Of a DNA stretch of 64,000 nt, positions 58,244-64,000 are shown one piece after another. Source of the DNA: Spirochaetota bacterium (GTDB lineage: Bacteria; Spirochaetota; UBA4802; JAKQUI01). The stretch lies in NCBI GenBank assembly GCA_029562645.1, contig JAKQUI010000005.1, forward strand, positions 327,961-391,960. Reading direction: 5' to 3'. The notes beneath the pieces were generated by a model that was not told where the DNA came from, searched no databases, and saw nothing but the letters and a program-made list of their open reading frames with translations. Position 1 is the first letter of the stretch, and each line of letters starts with the position of its first letter. Made by a program: the position numbers and the translations under genes.

Positions 58244-61117
58244 TTACTTCTTGCCTTTTTTCTTCGCGGTTTTTTTCGGCGCGGCCTTCTTCTTCGGGGC
58301 CGGTTTCTTTTTCGCCGGAGCCGCCTTCTTCTTCGCCGCGGGCTTTTTCGGCGCGGCCTTCTTCTTCGGCGCCGCTTTCTTCACCGCCGGTTTCGCCTTC
58401 GGCAGGGCGGCGCCGCGCACCGCCGCCTGGGCCGCCGCGAGACGCGCGATGGGCACGCGGAACGGCGAGCAGCTCACATACGACAGGCCGATCATGTGGC
58501 AGAACTCGACCGAGCTCGGCTCGCCGCCGTGCTCGCCGCAGATGCCCAGCTTGATGTCCTTACGGACGCTGCGGCCCTTTTCGACGGCCATGCGCATCAG
58601 CACGCCCACGCCGTCGCGGTCGAGCTGCTGGAACGGGTCAACCGGCAGGATCTTCTTCTCGACGTAATCCGGCACAAAGCCGCCGATGTCGTCGCGCGAG
58701 AAACCGAAGGTCATCTGCGTCAGGTCGTTGGTGCCGAAGGAGAAGAACTCGGCCGTCTTCGCGATCCGGTCGGCGGTGATGGCCGCGCGGGGTATCTCGA
58801 TCATGGTGCCGAACATGTGTTCGATCTTCGAGACGCCCATCTTCTTGCATACCGCGGCGTGGACCGCGTCCAGGAGCTTCTTCTGGTCATCCAGCTCGTT
58901 CACATGGCCTACCACGGGGATCATGATCTCAGGGACGACCTTTTTGCCCTCTTTGTTGAGCTCGGCCGCGGATTCGAGAATGGCGCGGTACTGCATCTCG
59001 GAGATCTCGGGGAAGGTGACGCCCAGGCGCACGCCGCGGTGCCCCATCATGGGGTTCGATTCGTGCAGATCCTCGGCCCGCTTGGTGAGCCGGTCCATGC
59101 CGATGCCCAGCGCCGAGGCGAGCTTCTCGCGCTCGTCCTGGCGGGTGGGCACGAACTCATGCAGCGGCGGGTCCAGCAGCCGGATGGTCACCGGGAGCGG
59201 GCTCATCACCGCCAGCGTGCTCTTGATGTCGCGCTTCACGAAGGGAAAGAGCTCGTCGAGCGCGGCGCGGCGCTTCTCCTCGGTGTCGGAGAGGATCATC
59301 TTGCGCAGGATAAACAGCGGCTGCTCGGAGTTCTTTCCGTAGAACATGTGCTCGGTGCGGAAGAGGCCGATCCCCTCCGCGCCGAACTCGCGCGCCTTGG
59401 CGGCGTCCTCGGGGGTGTCGGCGTTGGTGCGCACCTTGAGGGTCCGCATCTCGTCGGCGATCTTCATGAACTTTTGGAAGCGCGGGTTTTCGGTGGCGTC
59501 CATCATCGCCAGCGCCCCGGCGTAAACGAAGCCGCGCGTGCCGTTCAGGGTGAGGGTTTCGCCCTCGCGGAAGGTGCGCCCGTCGACCGTCATGGTCTTC
59601 GCGTGCACGTCCACGTGGATGGCGCCCGCGCCCACGATGCAGCACTTGCCCCAGCCGCGCGCCACCAGCGCCGCGTGCGAGGTCATGCCGCCGCGCGCGG
59701 TGAGGATGCCCACGGCCGCGCGCATCCCCTCGACGTCCTCGGGGTTGGTCTCTTCGCGCACCAGGAGCACCTTCTTGCCGGCTTTCGCGGCCTCGACGGC
59801 GTCGGTCGCGGTGAAGACGATCTCGCCGCAGGCGCCGCCGGGACCGGCGGGCAGGCCGCGCGCGATCACCGTCGCGCTCTTCTCGGCGTTCGGATCGACG
59901 ATGGGGTGCAAGAGCTCGTCGAGCTGCGCGGGTGCCACGCGCATCACGGCCTCCTTCTTGCTGATGAGCCCCTCGGCCAGCATGTCCATGGCCATGTTGA
60001 GCGCGGCGGTGCCGGTGCGCTTGCCCACGCGGCACTGCAGCATCCACAGGCGCCCGTCCTGGATGGTGAATTCGATGTCCTGCATGTCCGTGTAATGCTT
60101 CTCGAGCTTGTTTCGAATGGCGTCCAGCTGCTTGTAGGCGGGCGCCATCCCCCGCTCGAGGGACGGAAGGTGCTTGTTCTGGTCGTTCTTGGTCGATTCG
60201 TTGATGGGGTTGGGCGTGCGGATGCCCGCGACCACGTCCTCGCCCTGCGCATTGGGGAGCCACTCGCCGTAGAACTTGTTGTCGCCGGTGGCCGGGTTGC
60301 GCGTGAAGGCCACGCCGGTGGCCGAGGTGTCTCCCATGTTGCCGAATACCATCGATTGCACGTTCACCGCGGTGCCCCACTCGTCCGGGATGCTCTCGAT
60401 GCGGCGGTAGGCGATGGCGCGCTTGCCGTTCCACGACGAGAACACGGCGCCGATGCCGCCCCAGAGCTGCTCGTAGGCGTCGTCCGGGAAGTCCTTTCCG
60501 AGGATCTCGCGCACCTTCGCCTTGAAGCGTTCGACGAGGCTCTTGAGATCGTCCGCGGAGATGTCGGCGTCGGTCTTGTAGCCGCGGGACTTTTTCAGGT
60601 CGCCCAGCATGCGGTCGAGCTGCTGGCGGATGCCCATGCCCTCGGCGGGTTCGATGCCGGCGGCCTTTTCCATCACCACGTCCGAATACATCATGATGAG
60701 GCGGCGATAGGCGTTGTATACGAAACGCGGATTGTTGGTTTTCTTGATGAGGCCGGGGATGGTCTTGGAGCACAGGCCCACGTTGAGGACCGTTTCCATC
60801 ATGCCGGGCATCGAGGCGCGCGCGCCGGAGCGGACGGATATGAGGAGCGGGTTTTCACTGTCGCCGAAGCGGGCGCCCATGATCTGCTCGACCTTTTTCA
60901 TGGCCGCCATGACCTCTTCGCGCAGACCCGCGGGAAATTTCCGGCCGATCTCATAGTATTCGTTGCAGACCTCCGTGGTGATGGTGAAGCCGGCCGGGAC
61001 GGGGATGCCGATCTTGCTCATCTCGGCGAGGTTCGCGCCCTTGCCGCCCAGGAGGTTCTTCATCGTCGAGTCCCCGTCGGCCTTCGCGCCGCCAAAAAAA
61101 TACACTCGTTTTGCCAT
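58244..61117 (-). CDS. ppdK: Pyruvate, phosphate dikinase with K/A/P-rich C-terminal tail
   Basis: MAKRVYFFGGAKADGDSTMKNLLGGKGANLAEM at the N-terminus, and the catalytic His region GGMTSHAALVARGWG. It ends SPFRVPIARLAAAQAAV, followed by about 59 aa of PKAKPAVKKAAPKKKAAPKK...KKGKK. Confidence 0.9.
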   Translation of the reverse strand: MAKRVYFFGGAKADGDSTMKNLLGGKGANLAEMSKIGIPVPAGFTITTEVCNEYYEIGRKFPAGLREEVMAAMKKVEQIMGARFGDSENPLLISVRSGARASMPGMMETVLNVGLCSKTIPGLIKKTNNPRFVYNAYRRLIMMYSDVVMEKAAGIEPAEGMGIRQQLDRMLGDLKKSRGYKTDADISADDLKSLVERFKAKVREILGKDFPDDAYEQLWGGIGAVFSSWNGKRAIAYRRIESIPDEWGTAVNVQSMVFGNMGDTSATGVAFTRNPATGDNKFYGEWLPNAQGEDVVAGIRTPNPINESTKNDQNKHLPSLERGMAPAYKQLDAIRNKLEKHYTDMQDIEFTIQDGRLWMLQCRVGKRTGTAALNMAMDMLAEGLISKKEAVMRVAPAQLDELLHPIVDPNAEKSATVIARGLPAGPGGACGEIVFTATDAVEAAKAGKKVLLVREETNPEDVEGMRAAVGILTARGGMTSHAALVARGWGKCCIVGAGAIHVDVHAKTMTVDGRTFREGETLTLNGTRGFVYAGALAMMDATENPRFQKFMKIADEMRTLKVRTNADTPEDAAKAREFGAEGIGLFRTEHMFYGKNSEQPLFILRKMILSDTEEKRRAALDELFPFVKRDIKSTLAVMSPLPVTIRLLDPPLHEFVPTRQDEREKLASALGIGMDRLTKRAEDLHESNPMMGHRGVRLGVTFPEISEMQYRAILESAAELNKEGKKVVPEIMIPVVGHVNELDDQKKLLDAVHAAVCKKMGVSKIEHMFGTMIEIPRAAITADRIAKTAEFFSFGTNDLTQMTFGFSRDDIGGFVPDYVEKKILPVDPFQQLDRDGVGVLMRMAVEKGRSVRKDIKLGICGEHGGEPSSVEFCHMIGLSYVSCSPFRVPIARLAAAQAAVRGAALPKAKPAVKKAAPKKKAAPKKPAAKKKAAPAKKKPAPKKKAAPKKTAKKKGKK
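58247..58425 (-). repeat. Imperfect tandem DNA repeats (GCCTTCTTCTTCGGCGC-like) encoding the KAAP tail of PPDK
   Basis: Visible degenerate periodic repeats on the plus strand at 58250-58420. Confidence 0.5.
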
Positions 61118-61214
61118 GGTAGTGACTCCTTGTGTCAGTGGGTTGTATGATTCCGGAACACGTAACAGTAAAACGGGTGCCGGAGAATCATGAAATTGTA
61201 AACATTAATTTTTT

Positions 61215-62177
61215 TTACAAATACCGCTTTATCTCGCGCAAAAAGCACACGTCGAAATCCTCGCAGGAGGCGCACCGCGCACTCTCGCCGAGCCGCTCCG
61301 GGCAGGGTCCGCCGCGGTCCTCGGTCATGATCGACAGGAGTTTGATGCGCTGATATTCGTCGTCGCTGAGCGCCTCGGGCCCCTCCGCGCGAACGCGGGT
61401 GAGCATGGCCAGCTTCTCCTCCCTGCCGCGCGCATCGCTATAGTCCGGTTTGGCCCGCATGAGCGAATCGTATTCGTTGAGCTTTTTCTGGGCGCGGACC
61501 TGCGCGATCTTTCCCTTGAACGACAGGGTGCGCCGTTGGAAAATGAGAAAGAACACGATGCCGAAGAAGAGCCCGCCCAGGTGGCCGATGTGCGATATAT
61601 TGCTCGCCCCGCCGAAGAGTTCGAAATACAGTTCGAGCCCCCCATAGAGCAGCACCAGGTATTTCGCCTTGATGGGGATGAAGAAGAACAGCAGCAGCTC
61701 CATGTTCGGATAGAGCACCCCGAAGGCCAGCAGGAGGCCGAACACCGCGCCCGAGGCGCCGATCGTCGGGAGGTAGAACCCCATGCCGCCCGAGATGAGG
61801 TTGATGAGGAAGATGGCGACGCCGGCGCCCGTGCCGCAGAAGACGTAGTAGAGCAGAAAGCGCCGGCTCCCCCACGCCTGCTCGATGGGTATGCCGAAGA
61901 TGAGGATCGCGTACATGTTGAAGAAAATATGGAAGAAGCTGTGCGTGCTGTGGAGGAACATGTACGAGAAGAACTGCCAGAGGTAGCCCTTGCCGATCAC
62001 CAGCGCGGGGGTGAGGCCCAGAAAGTGGGTCATCGGAGAGACGCCCGGACCCATCCCCCCGCCGGGGTCGGGCCGCCCCGAGGACTCGCTGAATATCTGC
62101 AGGATGAAGATGACGACGTTGGCTGCGATAATCTTGAACACCACGCCGCGCGCATCCGATCGGGAAAAGCCGTTCAT
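61215..62177 (-). CDS. Rhomboid-family intramembrane serine protease with C-terminal Cys-rich cytoplasmic extension
   Basis: GASGAVFGLLLAFG (GxSG catalytic Ser) and a downstream His helix. C-terminal CPERLGESARCASCEDFDVC. Confidence 0.75.
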   Translation of the reverse strand: MNGFSRSDARGVVFKIIAANVVIFILQIFSESSGRPDPGGGMGPGVSPMTHFLGLTPALVIGKGYLWQFFSYMFLHSTHSFFHIFFNMYAILIFGIPIEQAWGSRRFLLYYVFCGTGAGVAIFLINLISGGMGFYLPTIGASGAVFGLLLAFGVLYPNMELLLFFFIPIKAKYLVLLYGGLELYFELFGGASNISHIGHLGGLFFGIVFFLIFQRRTLSFKGKIAQVRAQKKLNEYDSLMRAKPDYSDARGREEKLAMLTRVRAEGPEALSDDEYQRIKLLSIMTEDRGGPCPERLGESARCASCEDFDVCFLREIKRYL

Positions 62178-62236
62178 GGGCGGACACCTGCCCCCTGTCC
62201 TTCGATTTTATGATACCTACAGCAAAGGCGCGGTCA

Positions 62237-62608
62237 TCAGTCAATCACATTCCGCGCGCGGGACGATCGGGGCGCGCCCGGCGTCGTCGCGAACAGCGAG
62301 CACAGCTCGGATGATCCGGCGGCGTAGTCGCGGCACACCTGGGGGCGCGTCTCGTAGATGGCGCAGTCGTACCGGTCGCCGCGGTTGATGAGGAAGGGGC
62401 AAGGCCCGATGTAGTGGCCGTCGGTCGCGGAGACCAGGTGGTCGCCCATCCACACCGCGCTCTCGCGCTCGATGACGTGCATAATATCCCCCCGCCCCTC
62501 GCGCTTCCAGCGCGCGAGATCGTCATCGGTCACGTAAGCGATCATGTCGGCCAGGCAGCACGTTCCGCACTGGACGCACGATTGCGGTTTTTTCGACGGA
62601 GCGGTCAC
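62237..62608 (-). CDS. YkgJ/UPF0153-family cysteine-cluster protein
   Basis: CVQCGTCC...CPFL...C...C pattern. 123 aa. Confidence 0.6.
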   Translation of the reverse strand: MTAPSKKPQSCVQCGTCCLADMIAYVTDDDLARWKREGRGDIMHVIERESAVWMGDHLVSATDGHYIGPCPFLINRGDRYDCAIYETRPQVCRDYAAGSSELCSLFATTPGAPRSSRARNVID

Positions 62609-62701
62609 GACGGCCCCCTTGTGCGGTCACTCTGCCTCCGGGGGCGCACTATGGCAAGGAAAGTTATTATTTTTTTTGATGATATACGTCGCCCGCGCGG
62701 G

Positions 62702-64000
62702 CTACGGATTCGCCCGGTCCGTGATGTCTTCGCCGGAGCTCAGGGTCCCGTTGGGCGCACCGAATTCGTCGCGCATGATGGCGTTGTGCCAGGCGATGCG
62801 GCGCTGTTCGCCCGATGCGGCCACGACGGTGTTTTCGTAATACTCGACCGACTCGAGTTCGCCCGACATGATTTTACGGAAGACGTCCTTCACGGCGTCC
62901 CGCTCGGAGGGCGGCAGGCAGGCGTCGAACCAGTTTTTTCCCAGCAGTTCGTGTTCGGCGTATCCGAGCACGGCGCAGCACTTGCGGTTCGCGAGGGTGA
63001 TCGCGCCGGTCTCGTCCAGCGCGAGCATCATCACCTCCGCGATGTCCAAATAGTGCTGCGCGCGCTTGCGCTCGCCGATGTCGCGCGCAACCGAAAGGAT
63101 CACCCGCGCGCCCTGAAGGTCCAGCAAGCGCACGTTCACCTCCACGGGGATGCGGCGGCCGTCTTTCGTGCGATGGCTGGTCTCGAACAGCGCATGCCCG
63201 TCCCGGAACAGCCGCTCCATGATGGCGGGAATGCGCGCCGCCTGCTCGGGGACGTCGATGTCCGCCACGCTCATCGAGAGCAGTTCGTCGCGGCTGTAGC
63301 CGAGCGTCCGGCAGGCATTGTCGTTCACGGCCAGGAACGTGCCCGGACGGTCCGGGAGCGCCTCATGGAGAAACACGGAGTCCGCGATCCCCTCGAAGAG
63401 CTCGCGGTAGCGCTCCTCGCTTGCGCACAGCTGCTCCTCGGCGCGCTTGCGCTCGGTGATGTCGCGAAAGAACACCGCCATGCGGTTGCGCTCCGTCTGG
63501 AAGGCGTGGACCTCGTAGGCGCCGCTGATGCCGCCGTCGTCGTACTCCACCTGCTCGCTCGAGTATCGTTCTCCGGTCGCGGCGGCGCGACGGTAGGCGT
63601 CCGGGATTTCCGTTTGTGCGAGCGGCGGGAAGGCCTCCTCGATGGTTTTGCCGATGAGGGAGCGGTGATCCATCTTTAGGATGCGGTCCGTTGCGGGGTT
63701 TGCGCCCGAGAACACGAGCCGATTCTCGGGAAACAATTCGTAGATCAACGCCCCGAAGGGGGCATTGTCGATGATAGCCTGGAGCCGTCGCTCGCTTTCG
63801 AGAAGGGTTTCCTGCGAGCGGATGAGCTCCTGGTTCGTCGCCTCCAGCTCCTCGAGGGCGGCGTTGAGCTCCTCGTTGGTCGCTTCCATCTCTTCGTTCG
63901 CCGCCTCGAGCTCCTCCGACTGGTGGTGCAGCGCCGCCTCAAGGCGGAACCGGCTGAGCGCGGTGTCGATGGTGGAATACAGGTCCTGGACATGGATGGG
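62702..64000 (-). CDS. PAS-domain signalling protein, N-terminus outside the window (CheB/CheR-PAS type coiled-coil linker)
   Basis: The frame is open to the window edge. ...HHQSEELEAANEEMEATNEELNAALEELEATNQELI heptads are followed by three PAS-like repeats. Confidence 0.65.
   Translation of the reverse strand, partial: PIHVQDLYSTIDTALSRFRLEAALHHQSEELEAANEEMEATNEELNAALEELEATNQELIRSQETLLESERRLQAIIDNAPFGALIYELFPENRLVFSGANPATDRILKMDHRSLIGKTIEEAFPPLAQTEIPDAYRRAAATGERYSSEQVEYDDGGISGAYEVHAFQTERNRMAVFFRDITERKRAEEQLCASEERYRELFEGIADSVFLHEALPDRPGTFLAVNDNACRTLGYSRDELLSMSVADIDVPEQAARIPAIMERLFRDGHALFETSHRTKDGRRIPVEVNVRLLDLQGARVILSVARDIGERKRAQHYLDIAEVMMLALDETGAITLANRKCCAVLGYAEHELLGKNWFDACLPPSERDAVKDVFRKIMSGELESVEYYENTVVAASGEQRRIAWHNAIMRDEFGAPNGTLSSGEDITDRANP

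Noticed and set aside
58199-61150. 983-aa plus-strand ORF
   Set aside because: It is antisense to ppdK, which has unmistakable PPDK motifs. Its product is low-complexity.

Overview
This is a densely coding, high-G+C bacterial chromosomal segment with about 60 protein-coding genes. I found no rRNA, tRNA, CRISPR array, transposase, integrase or phage structural genes. Gene content points to a Gram-negative, motile, probably anaerobic organism. It has outer-membrane barrels, lipoproteins and LPS-core genes (hldD plus a DUF374 acyltransferase). It has chemotaxis accessories (CheD, a CheX-like phosphatase, HDOD proteins and a PAS protein with CheB/CheR-type coiled coil). It has a tungsten/molybdenum-type aldehyde:ferredoxin oxidoreductase, a ferredoxin-like Fe-S protein, pyruvate phosphate dikinase, glycogen phosphorylase and MoeA. 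Recognisable genes include parA/parB, cstA, an rRNA uracil methyltransferase, glgP, moeA, an ECF sigma factor, a Na+/solute symporter and coaX. Also present are a TetR regulator, two membrane-bound PP2C (SpoIIE-type) phosphatases, ZupT, an HSL-type esterase, a HisKA_2 sensor kinase and arfB. The remainder includes a GH25 muramidase, pabB/pabC-like genes, an MscS channel, a PstS-like binding protein, a large sulfatase-like lipoprotein, an M23 peptidase and a rhomboid protease. Many long ORFs on the opposite strand of real genes (for example 13454-16582, 24301-26691, 58199-61150) are GC-driven antisense artefacts and are not reported as genes. I see no obvious canonical defence or secretion system. 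The most notable observations are as follows. (1) A roughly 300-bp A+T-rich intergenic island at about 26.69-27.00 kb has three clustered DnaA-box-like 9-mers, one a perfect TTATCCACA, next to a pure A/T tract, which makes it a candidate oriC or DnaA-controlled region. (2) A tightly packed operon of two uncharacterised proteins is fused to parAB. (3) A translationally coupled M23 peptidase / prenyltransferase-like / polytopic PAS-PP2C phosphatase trio. (4) Pyruvate phosphate dikinase carries a roughly 60-aa histone-H1-like K/A/P-rich C-terminal tail. (5) Two lower-GC single-gene islets, an outer-membrane protein and a Zn-ribbon membrane protein. All coordinates and calls come from reading the sequence and the six-frame track. 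No database search was run.
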